64,000 bases of DNA from Candidatus Collierbacteria bacterium (lineage in GTDB: Bacteria > Patescibacteriota > Microgenomatia > UBA1400 > MFAQ01): positions 13,562 through 77,561 of the forward strand of contig CAISLM010000014.1 in assembly GCA_903886255.1 (NCBI GenBank), written 5' to 3'. Position numbers and translations under genes: made by a program. Positions 36,000 to 46,099 of this stretch are shown here, piece after piece. Position 1 is the stretch's first letter. The number at the start of each line of letters is the position of its first letter. Under the pieces are notes generated by a model. That model searched no databases, was not told where the DNA came from, and worked only from the letters and a program-made list of their open reading frames with translations.

Positions 36000-37828
36000 A
36001 AAGGATACTCTTACCATTGCTATTTCTTATCTCTTTTTTGTTTTCTACAAAACCTTGCTTCGCCAAAAGCTATTCGATAGATAAAGCAAATATCGATATC
36101 CAAATAAATAAGGACGGAACAGCTAATATTTCTGAAACAAGAACTTATACTTTTTTGGGACAATTTACTAGTGGTTGGTGGTCTACCGGTCTAAAAAAAG
36201 CCTGTACATCAGACAATTGTGACTCTTTGCAAATTACCGACGTCAAAGTTCTCGAGGGTACTAAAACTATTCCTTCAACAATTACGACGGAAAATAATCA
36301 ACGTGTTGTAACGTGGAGCTATTCAGCTCTGAATGAAACAAAAGATTTTACCATCACCTATAAAGTAGTCAATCCCATCAACAACTATCAAGATACTGCA
36401 GAATTTTATTGGCAATTAATTCAAGATGGTTGGGGAGTAGGCACCAAGCAATTGTTGGCAACAGTCCACTTACCATATCCTGCTCCAAATAGTGCTTTGA
36501 AAGCTTGGGGTCACGGACCACTAGCCGGAAAAGTCTCAATTCCCGACAATCAGACGATTATATTTTCTGCCGATAATATCCCCAGTAATACATTTGTAGA
36601 AGCCAGAATAATTTTTCCACCACTAGCCGGTCTTCCTACAATTAAAGAGAACGCTATAGAAAGAATTAATCAAGAAGAGGCCAATTTTATTAATCAGACT
36701 ATTGCCGGAACTAAAGCAACCTTGCCAAATTTAAAATTTGTATTCACAGTACTTTTGACAATCGGGTTGTTATTGATTGCAAGAATAATTTATTGGATAA
36801 CTGAATGGAAACAATTCGGCAAAGATCTTCCTCTTCCTGAAATCAATCTTGCCGGTAGTCTTCATGAACCACCTTCAGACACAGAACCATCACTGGTTGA
36901 AGCCTTAGTCAGCTCAAACTATACTCCCAGTGCAAATTCAATTACAGCAACAGTTCTTGATCTCTGTCGTTTGAAATTTCTTAAAATTTCTCAAGAAAAT
37001 CGCGGCCCACTTTTGGGTATATTCCACCAAGACCCCGAAATATGGTTTGAGCTTCAAAGCAATAACGAATCTAAATATACTCAAAACCAACAAGACATTA
37101 TTAGCATGCTTTATTTGGATGTGCTCCCCAAAATTTCCAAAACAGTGATGCTTGGTAAACTTCGTACCGACTCAGGTGCCAAATTAAGATATAAAACTTG
37201 GCAAGCAGGATTCGAAAAATTAATGCTAAAAATAAATTTGGTCGATCAGGATAGTAATAAAGAAAAAAATAAAATGGCAATTGACGTTGTTATCTCCATT
37301 GCCATCTCAATAATCCTTTTTATTCTTCTCACAAAATCCTTCTTCAAAGATACAACCTCTGTTGTAACGGCTATCGGTGTTTTGATTGAATGCGTTTTGT
37401 TTTCATTTACTACAGGCATAATTAGTAACTTTATGGAAAGACTTACCTCTGAAGGAGCCAAACAAAAATCATCATGGCTTGCTTTTAAAAAATATCTAAA
37501 AGATTATTCAGTTACGAAAAGTTCTCCACTGGAATCGGTAATTATTTGGGAAAAATACATCGTTTACGGCGCAGCTTTAGGAATCTCCCTGAAAGCTTTA
37601 TCCGAACTTCCCATCAAATTTGGATCGGAAGCCCAGAATTCATTTGTTTATTTGGCAGGTGTAAGCGCAGCCGGAAATTCATTTAATTTTTCACAAATAG
37701 GTACCGGTCTGGAGTCTGTTAGCTCTTCGTTTGCCAGTTATGGTGCATCAGGAGCCGGAGGGGGTGGAGGATTTTCAGGCGGCGGTGGGGGTGGGGGAGG
37801 CGGTGGGGGTGGGGGGGGCATGGGTTGA
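35987..37828 (+). CDS. DUF2207-family membrane protein with C-terminal poly-Gly tail
   Basis: Signal peptide, large extracytoplasmic N-domain, TM segments, and the typical FSGGGGGGGGGGGGGG tail. Confidence 0.65.
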   Translation: MRQMKRILLPLLFLISFLFSTKPCFAKSYSIDKANIDIQINKDGTANISETRTYTFLGQFTSGWWSTGLKKACTSDNCDSLQITDVKVLEGTKTIPSTITTENNQRVVTWSYSALNETKDFTITYKVVNPINNYQDTAEFYWQLIQDGWGVGTKQLLATVHLPYPAPNSALKAWGHGPLAGKVSIPDNQTIIFSADNIPSNTFVEARIIFPPLAGLPTIKENAIERINQEEANFINQTIAGTKATLPNLKFVFTVLLTIGLLLIARIIYWITEWKQFGKDLPLPEINLAGSLHEPPSDTEPSLVEALVSSNYTPSANSITATVLDLCRLKFLKISQENRGPLLGIFHQDPEIWFELQSNNESKYTQNQQDIISMLYLDVLPKISKTVMLGKLRTDSGAKLRYKTWQAGFEKLMLKINLVDQDSNKEKNKMAIDVVISIAISIILFILLTKSFFKDTTSVVTAIGVLIECVLFSFTTGIISNFMERLTSEGAKQKSSWLAFKKYLKDYSVTKSSPLESVIIWEKYIVYGAALGISLKALSELPIKFGSEAQNSFVYLAGVSAAGNSFNFSQIGTGLESVSSSFASYGASGAGGGGGFSGGGGGGGGGGGGGGMG

Positions 37829-37851
37829 TGCGTATAATGTAAGATTAATAT

Positions 37852-40260
37852 ATGAAATGGCGTGGCTTATCTGATCAGGAAGCGAAAGAGGGTAAAAAAA
37901 AATATGGCGACAATTCTCTCCCTGAAAGAGAACCATTGATTTGGACTAGGATTCTCATAAATCAATTCAAAAGTCCTCTGATTTATATACTTTTGGCTGT
38001 TATCACGATTTCCCTTATCCTTAAAGAAATAAACGACGCCATTTTGGTATCTGCTGTTGTCATTTTAAATGTGATCATGGGATTCGTTCAGGAATTCGGT
38101 GCCCAAAAAACATTAAAAAGTCTAAAAAATATTGTTCACGACACAGTGACAATAATTAGAAATGACCAAAGAGCGATATTGGAAACGATCGATCTCGTTC
38201 CTGAAGATATTGTCCTCCTGGGATCAGGAGATAAGGTTCCCGCAGACTGTGAAGTTGTTGAAGGATCGGTTTTGGTGAGCGAAGCAATTCTCACAGGCGA
38301 AGAAGAACCTGTTAGTAAAAACGAGGCCGGTTCAAAAGAATTATTTATGGGAACAATTATTCTGTCTGGAAGATGTACTGCTATCGTGAAAAAGATTGGC
38401 ACAAAAACAGAAATTGGCCAGATCGGTCAAAGCCTTTCCGAAATTAAAGAAAGAGAAACTCCACTCCAAAGAAGATTAGAAAAATTCTCAGGAAGTCTGG
38501 CTATTCTCGTTGTGTTTATTGGATTGATTATTTTTATAATCGGCATTTTATCTCATCACAACATTATCGAAATGCTCACTTTTTCCATTATTCTCTCAAT
38601 CGCAGTTATTCCTGAGGGTTTGCCTATCGCCGTCACGGTTATTTTATCGATTGGTATGAAACGGGTTCTACGGCAAAAAGGATTAGTAAAAAAATTAATT
38701 TCAATTGAAACGCTCGGATCCACATCAGTCATCTGCACCGACAAAACCGGAACACTTACAGAGGGCGTGATGAAGGTAGTTCGTGTGGAAACCGACGATC
38801 AAAAAAAACTTCTTTACGGCCTAAACATATTAAATTCACAACGGACCAGCCTTGAAATCGCTATTTGGAAATATCTTAAGGAAAATATAAACGTTGACCC
38901 GCAGGTTGTTTTAGATAAGGCCAAAATTTTATACGAAGAAACCTTTGAAAGTGAGAAGAAATTTGCCTTGTGTATAGTACAAACGGACAACACAAAAGAA
39001 TCGTTCATTTTAGGAGCTCCGGAAATAATCATAAATTTTTGCAAAATTACCCCGGCGGAAAAACAAAAAATTACCGACAAATTTCAAAAATGGACAAAGG
39101 AAGGCAATCGTGTTGTCGGACTAATTCACAAAAATAGTGTGGATAAAGAAAAATCAGGTTATTCCTGGTTAGGTCTTCTCGGAATTGAAGATCCGATAAG
39201 ACCGGGTGTAAAAGAAGCAATTGAAAAGGCATTTAATGCAGGGATAAAAGTAAAAATTGTTACGGGAGATTACAAAAACACAGCAGTAAAGGTGGCAGAA
39301 AGTATTGGTATTCAAGTTTCTGATGATTCTGTAATGGATGGGGAACAGCTTGACAAAATTTCTAGCGAAAATCTCAGAGAGTTAATTGACAAAATTAATC
39401 TTTTTTGTCGAGTTTCGCCGCACCAAAAACTAAAAATAATTACAGCTTTACAGGCCAATGGTGAGGTAGTTGCCATGACCGGAGATGGCGTAAACGATGC
39501 ACAAGCCATAAAGAAAGCAGATATTGGTGTCGTCGTTGGCACAGCGACGGATGTTGCCAAAGATTCTGCAGATCTGATTCTCTTAGACAATAACTTCAAA
39601 ACTATTGTTGCTGCCTGTGAAGAAGGAAGAATCATTTACCAAAACATTGTCAAGGTTGTTGGCTATGTTCTTTCAAATTCTCTGGTAGAAATTGTCCTCA
39701 TTGTCGGCGCCCTGATTATGGATATACCATTTCCCCTTACTGTTGTTCAGATTCTCTGGCTCCACTTGATTTGCGATGGACCTCCGGACATTGCTTTGGG
39801 GTTCGAGCCCGGTGATCCTGAGATTATGAAAGATAAACCCAACAAAAATAATGGCAACATCTTGGGCTGGCCGATGGTTTTTCTCATTTTTGCCATAAGC
39901 CTTACTGCCGGTATTGCTTCTTTGGTTCTTTTCAACAAAGAATTATTTGGAGGCAATATTGATCACGCACGGACAATGGTATTTGCCATTGTAGGCTCAA
40001 TTGATCTCATCTATATTTTTGCCTACAAAGATCTTTCTAAGACAATTCTGAAGCTCAGACGTCTGCTCGACAATAAATATCTGATTCTCAGTGTCGTTTA
40101 TGGATTTGCTCTTCTGCTATTTGGAATCTACAGTCCATTAGGCAATCGGGTTTTAAACACTACGCCACTTGAGCTGACTGCATGGCTAATAATCATTGGT
40201 GTAGCTTTGATAACAACACTTTGGGTAGAAGTTGTTAAAAGATTCAAGAAGTTTACATAA
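37852..40260 (+). CDS. cation-transporting P-type ATPase (type II, Ca2+/Mg2+-like)
   Basis: ICTDKTGTLT phosphorylation site, TGDGVNDAQAIKKADIG hinge, about 10 TM segments. Confidence 0.9.
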   Translation: MKWRGLSDQEAKEGKKKYGDNSLPEREPLIWTRILINQFKSPLIYILLAVITISLILKEINDAILVSAVVILNVIMGFVQEFGAQKTLKSLKNIVHDTVTIIRNDQRAILETIDLVPEDIVLLGSGDKVPADCEVVEGSVLVSEAILTGEEEPVSKNEAGSKELFMGTIILSGRCTAIVKKIGTKTEIGQIGQSLSEIKERETPLQRRLEKFSGSLAILVVFIGLIIFIIGILSHHNIIEMLTFSIILSIAVIPEGLPIAVTVILSIGMKRVLRQKGLVKKLISIETLGSTSVICTDKTGTLTEGVMKVVRVETDDQKKLLYGLNILNSQRTSLEIAIWKYLKENINVDPQVVLDKAKILYEETFESEKKFALCIVQTDNTKESFILGAPEIIINFCKITPAEKQKITDKFQKWTKEGNRVVGLIHKNSVDKEKSGYSWLGLLGIEDPIRPGVKEAIEKAFNAGIKVKIVTGDYKNTAVKVAESIGIQVSDDSVMDGEQLDKISSENLRELIDKINLFCRVSPHQKLKIITALQANGEVVAMTGDGVNDAQAIKKADIGVVVGTATDVAKDSADLILLDNNFKTIVAACEEGRIIYQNIVKVVGYVLSNSLVEIVLIVGALIMDIPFPLTVVQILWLHLICDGPPDIALGFEPGDPEIMKDKPNKNNGNILGWPMVFLIFAISLTAGIASLVLFNKELFGGNIDHARTMVFAIVGSIDLIYIFAYKDLSKTILKLRRLLDNKYLILSVVYGFALLLFGIYSPLGNRVLNTTPLELTAWLIIIGVALITTLWVEVVKRFKKFT

Positions 40261-40380
40261 AAGTATGTTACAATATCCCATATTGTTCTTAGGCCGAGTA
40301 ATTAGCTCGTCTTGCTTGACGCTCTCACGATTGTCCAGCCAGTATATTCCATAGGACAATCGGGGAAATCCCCATAAAAT

Positions 40381-41598
40381 ATGTTTAATCGTCGCCCTTC
40401 TGGCGGCCATGGCGCAAGCCAGGGCTTCAATCGTGGTGGTGCCAGCCACTCATTTAATAGAAATTCTTTTGGAAACAAGAGAGCTAGGTTTATGCCTAAA
40501 GCCCTCGATCCACGTATGTTTGTTCGCCCTGCTATGCCGGAAACACAAGAGGATGTAACCACACAGCATACTTTTGAAGACTTTAACATCTCCAAGCAAA
40601 TGCTGTTAAATGTCCAATCAAAAGGTTACAAGACTCCTACACCAATTCAAGACCAGGCTCTTGAAGCTGCTTTAGCAGGTAGAGACGTATTAGGTCTAGC
40701 CGATACGGGAACAGGAAAAACAGCCGTATTCGCTTTGTCTGTAATCAAAAACATTTTGGAGAATCCCAACGATACGGCTTTGGTAGTTGCACCCACAAGA
40801 GAATTGGCTGTTCAAATTAGAGATGAAATTAGGTCTCTTTCAACAGGACTTCAAGTCTATTCAAGCTTGTTTATCGGCGGTTCTGATATCCGCAGGCAGC
40901 TTGACGAGCTTAGACGCCGTCCAAATGTATTTATTGGCACTCCTGGCCGTCTACGTGACCTCTACAACCGCCGTGCTCTCCGTCTGGACAATACGAGGAC
41001 AGTCGTGCTCGATGAAGTCGACAGAATGCTTGATATGGGATTTGTTCACGAAATTACCGAGCTTCTTTCATTCCTACCTCAAGATCACCAAACCCTTCTA
41101 TTTTCAGCCACGATTGATCAAAAAGTTGAAGGAATTGCTTTGAAATTCATGAATAACCCAGAAAAAATTTCTGTTAAAACCAATGCCGGTTCATTAAATG
41201 TGGAGCAAAATATTATCAGAGCTTCAGGTAAACAAGGCAAAATCGCGGTCTTGAATGATTTACTTTCTAAGGATACTTTCAGAAAAGTGCTTATTTTTGG
41301 TCGAACAAAATATGGTGTTGAAGAAATCGCTGTCAGCCTGCAAAAATCAGGTTTTAGCGCCGACTCTATCCATGGAGACAAACGCCAAAATCAGCGTGAG
41401 ACAGTTTTGAGAAAATTCAAGGATAATCAGCTTCGAATTCTGTGTGCCACAGATGTTGCCGCTCGTGGAATCGACGTCAAAGATATTACCCATGTCATTA
41501 ACTTCGACCAGCCAGCAACCTATGACGACTATATTCATAGAATCGGCCGTACAGGCAGAGCGGGAAAATCCGGAATTGCTCTAACCTTCGTTGATTAA
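40381..41598 (+). CDS. DEAD-box ATP-dependent RNA helicase
   Basis: Q-motif region, motif I ADTGTGKT, motif II DEVD, SAT, HRIGRTGRAG. Gly/Arg/Asn-rich ~50-aa N-terminal extension. Confidence 0.9.
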   Translation: MFNRRPSGGHGASQGFNRGGASHSFNRNSFGNKRARFMPKALDPRMFVRPAMPETQEDVTTQHTFEDFNISKQMLLNVQSKGYKTPTPIQDQALEAALAGRDVLGLADTGTGKTAVFALSVIKNILENPNDTALVVAPTRELAVQIRDEIRSLSTGLQVYSSLFIGGSDIRRQLDELRRRPNVFIGTPGRLRDLYNRRALRLDNTRTVVLDEVDRMLDMGFVHEITELLSFLPQDHQTLLFSATIDQKVEGIALKFMNNPEKISVKTNAGSLNVEQNIIRASGKQGKIAVLNDLLSKDTFRKVLIFGRTKYGVEEIAVSLQKSGFSADSIHGDKRQNQRETVLRKFKDNQLRILCATDVAARGIDVKDITHVINFDQPATYDDYIHRIGRTGRAGKSGIALTFVD

Positions 41599-41601
41599 AA
41601 A

Positions 41602-41631
41602 TTTGCCCTCCTTGCGGAGGGCTTTTTTTAT
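41602..41631. terminator. rho-independent terminator after the helicase gene
   Basis: GCCCTCCttgcGGAGGGC followed by TTTTTTT. Confidence 0.7.
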
Positions 41632-41635
41632 ACCA

Positions 41636-41902
41636 TTACTGGTTAATATTGAAGCGAGTAATATCTGCAACAGTCAATTCTTCCCCAGCCTCAAGTTTTT
41701 GCAGTCCCTTTACGAGCCAGGGTGCCGGCTGTGGGTCAAGGGTGCATATGCGTACACCCTTTTCATAATAATCCAGTACCAGTTGCAATAATTCTTCATC
41801 CGAACTTTGTTCACTACCAACATGACGAATCACTATTGACTCCTTTAAAGCTAAGATAGCCGTGATTATAGTGCTTGAAAAGTAAAACAGCAAGCTGTAC
41901 AA
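41636..41902 (-). CDS. small hypothetical protein
   Basis: 88-aa ORF. The real start is possibly the internal GTG, giving (M)IRHVGSEQSSDEELLQLVLDYYEKGVRICTLDPQPAPW... No recognised family. Confidence 0.3.
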   Translation of the reverse strand: MYSLLFYFSSTIITAILALKESIVIRHVGSEQSSDEELLQLVLDYYEKGVRICTLDPQPAPWLVKGLQKLEAGEELTVADITRFNINQ

Positions 41903-41903
41903 T
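41875..41903 (+). promoter_or_regulatory. sigma70-like promoter for pncB (-35 TTGAAA, 17-nt spacer, -10 TACAAT)
   Basis: TTGAAAagtaaaacagcaagctgTACAAT. Followed by a ~55-nt leader with GTGCTgatgaAGCAC hairpin and AGGAGG SD 5 nt before the ATG. Confidence 0.5.
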
Positions 41904-41964
41904 ATAGGCTACTAATCAACACATTCGTGCTGATGAAGCACTCTTAAATTCACAGGAGGATCAA

Positions 41965-43227
41965 ATGTCTAGAACAACCAGCAGAAAAATTAACAGAAGT
42001 TCAGGTACCGACATAGTTCGTGACGTTCTGGAAACAGATGTCTACGACTGTTCACAGATCAATGCAGTTATACAACTTTACCCTGATGCTTGGGCTTGGT
42101 ATGTAGCGCACGATCGCGATCACGCGATTTACCCAAAAGGCTTCGCGGGACTCATTACTGAAAAATTTCAAGATCTTCGTAGTTTGCACTCTGACACGGA
42201 ACTCCGAAAATTTCTTCGAGAAAAATGGGGATTCCTTGCTCAAGAGTTTTTTGACTGGCTGGAGAAATATCGGTTTATTCCTGAGTACATCAAAACATGG
42301 CAGGACGAAGAAGGACATTTGTTCGCAAAAATCCTCGGACCTTGGGCCGATATAATTTTTGATGAACAGATCTTTATGGCAGTCGTCTCTCAAACCAGGA
42401 ATGAAGAACTCGGGTTCTATCCTGACGAAAACTGGATCGATGTACTGCTCCAAAATATCTACAACATGAGAGCTTCGAATCTCCACACATCCGAATTCGG
42501 GATGCGTCGACGCGCCTTTAATTGGATGCAGGATATCGTTACCGATAAGCTTATTCAATATGGTGGAGACATGTATGTTGGTAGTAGCTCACCATATCAC
42601 GCCAAAATGTCCGGCCTGTCTCCGAAAGGCACAGTCGCTCACCTCTGGTACCTCTTCCACGGTGCCAAATATGGGGTAGAAAATGCAAACTTGGCTGCAT
42701 CCGTCGCCTGGAGAGCCATTTATGGACCAAACGTTGGTACAGCATTACCCGATACGTGGGGATTGAAGTTCTTTTTGGCGACGCTTACACCGGGAATGGG
42801 AAGACTGATAAAAAGTTATCGTCATGATAGTGGAGACCCTGTTGAGTTCGTTGATAATATTCGTCGATTTTACGCACACCCCAAGAACAAGATCGATGAT
42901 CTTTCCGAGATCACTCTTATGTTCTCTGATTCCTTATCAATTGATGCCGCCAAAAAAATCGATAAATACGCATCACAATGGTTCAAAACAGCGTATGGCA
43001 TCGGCGGATTTTTCACCAACAATAAGGACTATTTCAGGAACACACCAGCATACAGCCCTCTGAATATGGTTGTAAAACCATGGGGATTCAGTTTTGATCA
43101 TGGAGAAACCTGGATTCTTGTTGCTAAAGTTCCGGACGGAAATGGTAAAAATGTCGGCGACCCTGACGTCATCGCCAAGATCATCGAGATAAAAAAGAAA
43201 TATCCATTTCTCTACAACACTTTCTAG
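41965..43227 (+). CDS. pncB: nicotinate phosphoribosyltransferase
   Basis: EFGMRRR (FGTRRR motif), AYGIGGFFTN (GIGT motif), and overall NAPRTase length and pattern. Confidence 0.75.
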   Translation: MSRTTSRKINRSSGTDIVRDVLETDVYDCSQINAVIQLYPDAWAWYVAHDRDHAIYPKGFAGLITEKFQDLRSLHSDTELRKFLREKWGFLAQEFFDWLEKYRFIPEYIKTWQDEEGHLFAKILGPWADIIFDEQIFMAVVSQTRNEELGFYPDENWIDVLLQNIYNMRASNLHTSEFGMRRRAFNWMQDIVTDKLIQYGGDMYVGSSSPYHAKMSGLSPKGTVAHLWYLFHGAKYGVENANLAASVAWRAIYGPNVGTALPDTWGLKFFLATLTPGMGRLIKSYRHDSGDPVEFVDNIRRFYAHPKNKIDDLSEITLMFSDSLSIDAAKKIDKYASQWFKTAYGIGGFFTNNKDYFRNTPAYSPLNMVVKPWGFSFDHGETWILVAKVPDGNGKNVGDPDVIAKIIEIKKKYPFLYNTF

Positions 43228-43234
43228 CTTAACA

Positions 43235-43262
43235 GGAGGCACATTCGTGCCTCCATTTTTTA
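43235..43262 (+). terminator. rho-independent terminator after pncB (bidirectional with pgm)
   Basis: GGAGGCACattcGTGCCTCC followed by ATTTTTTATTT. Confidence 0.65.
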
Positions 43263-44699
43263 TTTCAAAAAATCCAAATTCACACATAGCTCATCTTTCC
43301 AAATCATCTCCGGATATTTCTTTAACATTTCCCGCACATAGGTTCGTCTTTCCTCAAAAACTTCATTACTTTTTGCCTCAAATTTAATTGTTATGTATGG
43401 ACCATTCTGTGAATACCGAAAAACCATCATGCCATCATCAAAGTCAGCCCTTACGCCATCGTCACCGGGAATTACATTATCGTCCGTAATCTGAGCATTA
43501 GGGAAATCTGCTCTAAATTTTATAGCCAAATCATTAATTACACCAACCTTCTTGTTATCAGGACAACCGATTTTGATTTCCGGTGATGAAATATATTTAG
43601 GAAAGCTTTCATAAACAGTACTAAGCGAAACATTTTTATCCGACAGATATTCCAAAATTCTTAGTGCAGCCAAAGTTCCATCATCAAAACCATACGCATC
43701 GTCGGCAAAAAAGAAGTGTCCGGACAATTCACCACCCAAGGCCGCACCCTCCGCCGACATTTTTTCCTTAATAAATGTATGTCCTGTTCTCCAAATAATC
43801 GGTATGCCTTTATGTTTTTCTACAATCTCACTTACTACCCGAGAACAAAGAGTATTAAAAATAATTTTAGAACCAGGTTTTTTTTCGAGAAGCTCATCTG
43901 CAAAAATTGCCAGTACAAAATCATTCCATAAAACATTTCCTTTTTCGTCAACAATTCCCATCCGGTCACCATCACCATCAAAAGCGAAACCTATATCTGC
44001 GATATTTGAGACGACTTTATTTGCTAGGATATTCATTAATTTCGCGTCAGTTGGATCTGGGGTTCCCATCGGAAACGAACCATCAACTTTCGTATTCATC
44101 CCAATTACCTCACAACCGGCTCTTTGTAGAATTTCAGGATTAAAATTCCCCGTCGTACCACAGTGTGTATCAACAACTACTCTAAACTTTTTCTGAATTT
44201 TTACGCGTTTCAGTACATCCTGTATATAATCTTCTTTTACATCCATCTTTGTTAAAACGCCGGGGTTGTTAGAAACAAAATATTTTTCGGTTTGGGTTAA
44301 GTCTTTAATTTCGCGAAGTTCCTCCGGTCCGGTAGTTTGCGAGTAGCCGGTTGCCAGTTTAAAGCCATTGTAATTTTTTGGGTTATGAGATGCAGTTATC
44401 ATTGCCCCGCCGGCGGTTTGGAATTTGTATTGACCAAAATACATCATTTGTGTCATAACCATTCCCAAATCTATTACACATACCCCAGCGCTTAGCACAC
44501 CATTTGTAAAAGCAATTTGATAGGACTCACTGCTCAATCTACAATCCCTTCCGCAAACAATCTTTTCAATATTTCTATAATGTAAAAAGGTGCCGTATGC
44601 CTTTCCAATAGCCTCTACGTTTTCCGGATTTAAATCGGTTCCGGCTATTCCACGTATATCATAATTACGAAATATTTCAGGATTAATTTTCATATTCAA
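43260..44699 (-). CDS. phosphoglucomutase/phosphomannomutase (alpha-D-phosphohexomutase)
   Basis: Active-site ITASHNPKNYNGFK, metal-binding FDGDGDR, sugar-binding GGELSGH. Confidence 0.85.
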   Translation of the reverse strand: MNMKINPEIFRNYDIRGIAGTDLNPENVEAIGKAYGTFLHYRNIEKIVCGRDCRLSSESYQIAFTNGVLSAGVCVIDLGMVMTQMMYFGQYKFQTAGGAMITASHNPKNYNGFKLATGYSQTTGPEELREIKDLTQTEKYFVSNNPGVLTKMDVKEDYIQDVLKRVKIQKKFRVVVDTHCGTTGNFNPEILQRAGCEVIGMNTKVDGSFPMGTPDPTDAKLMNILANKVVSNIADIGFAFDGDGDRMGIVDEKGNVLWNDFVLAIFADELLEKKPGSKIIFNTLCSRVVSEIVEKHKGIPIIWRTGHTFIKEKMSAEGAALGGELSGHFFFADDAYGFDDGTLAALRILEYLSDKNVSLSTVYESFPKYISSPEIKIGCPDNKKVGVINDLAIKFRADFPNAQITDDNVIPGDDGVRADFDDGMMVFRYSQNGPYITIKFEAKSNEVFEERRTYVREMLKKYPEMIWKDELCVNLDFLK

Positions 44700-44758
44700 C
44701 CTAAGGTTAACAGAATCACATTCTTGATGTCAAACAATAATACGTATATATTGACCTA

Positions 44759-46075
44759 ATGGGCAGAGAAATCGTTATAGGTTTGCATTTTTATCAACCG
44801 CCTCGTGAAGCCGTTCACCCCTTATTATCCAAAATATCTACCGATCCAGAAGGAAAGAATTGGACCGAGATTATAGATCATCAATGTTACGAGCCGCTTG
44901 CGGCGGAAGGAGTACTGGAAAAGGTGACTTTTGATATATATCAGTCTCTATTGATCCAGTTGGAAAAAATTAGTCCGGAAACAGCTGCAATCTACAAAAA
45001 ATCTATGATGGAAAATGGTGTCGGAGAATCCTTTATTCACCCCATTCTTCCCGATCTTTCCAAAGTTGATAAAGAAATTATTATTTCCGCAGGTGTAAAC
45101 AGATTCAAAGAAATCACAGGACAAAATCCAAAAATATTTTGGCCTCCTGAAACTGCCATCGACACCGAAACTTTAGAAGTGCTTTCGGAAAACGGCTACG
45201 AAGGATTTGTCTGCGCTCCCGAACAAATAATACAGCAAGATGGAGGCAACTCAGACAATCGTCCTACAATGATCGGGTTGCCAAATGGCAAAAGAATTGT
45301 TGCCTATCCTTTTGATCGTACAATTAGCAGCTTGCTTGCATTCGATCCTAAACAAAATGCCGACGTTTTCACCCAAAACTATCTCAGACCCAAAAGAGAT
45401 TCCATTGCTTCGAATCAAGTTATCATTGCCTGGACAGACGCCGAAACATTTGGTCACCATTACAAAAATGGTGATAAATTTTTAGATTACTTTCTTGACT
45501 CATCACTTCCAAGCATTGGCTTATATCCAACATCAATAAACAAGTTAAATTTTACCGATAAAACATTTTCCTGTGGAAAAATAAGAGAAAGATCGGCCTG
45601 GAGCTGTCCACATGGTAATCTTATTCGATGGTCAGGATCATGCGATTGTGGCTGGGGAGAAGATACTTCTTGGAAACAACCATTTTCACAATCAATGGAT
45701 TTCTTGAATGCTGAAGTCTCAAAAATTATTCAGAAAGAACTTGGACAGAGGTATTGGGAGTTTACGGCAAATAAGTTTTATGAAAATTACGCTCATCCCG
45801 AGACTGTAAATAATCCACAAAAGGCTCTTATTTCCGCCAAAATTTCCTCACTTATAGCCAAAACCAGTTGTGCTACATTTTTTAGCTCTCCCGAAGTCTC
45901 TGGAAAAATAAATCTACTCTATGCATACCAGTCACTACTATATTTAAAAGATGCCGGTTTGGAAACTGTATCAAACGATCTTGGGAAAAATTTTTTCGAA
46001 AAATTGTCCAAAATTATCTATCCCAATAGCGAGGAAACAGCACTTACCACACTGCAAGACATGCTTGAGGCTTAG
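44759..46075 (+). CDS. glycoside hydrolase family 57-like protein
   Basis: N-terminal HFYQPPR (GH57 HQP-type motif) and WTDAETFGHH (Glu nucleophile region). Tentative. Confidence 0.5.
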   Translation: MGREIVIGLHFYQPPREAVHPLLSKISTDPEGKNWTEIIDHQCYEPLAAEGVLEKVTFDIYQSLLIQLEKISPETAAIYKKSMMENGVGESFIHPILPDLSKVDKEIIISAGVNRFKEITGQNPKIFWPPETAIDTETLEVLSENGYEGFVCAPEQIIQQDGGNSDNRPTMIGLPNGKRIVAYPFDRTISSLLAFDPKQNADVFTQNYLRPKRDSIASNQVIIAWTDAETFGHHYKNGDKFLDYFLDSSLPSIGLYPTSINKLNFTDKTFSCGKIRERSAWSCPHGNLIRWSGSCDCGWGEDTSWKQPFSQSMDFLNAEVSKIIQKELGQRYWEFTANKFYENYAHPETVNNPQKALISAKISSLIAKTSCATFFSSPEVSGKINLLYAYQSLLYLKDAGLETVSNDLGKNFFEKLSKIIYPNSEETALTTLQDMLEA

Positions 46076-46099
46076 GATGTTGGTATACTAAATTAGCCA

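Noticed and set aside
43716-44196. Plus-strand ORFs inside the phosphoglucomutase gene
   Set aside because: Antisense to a CDS with unambiguous phosphohexomutase motifs (TASHNP, GGELSGH).
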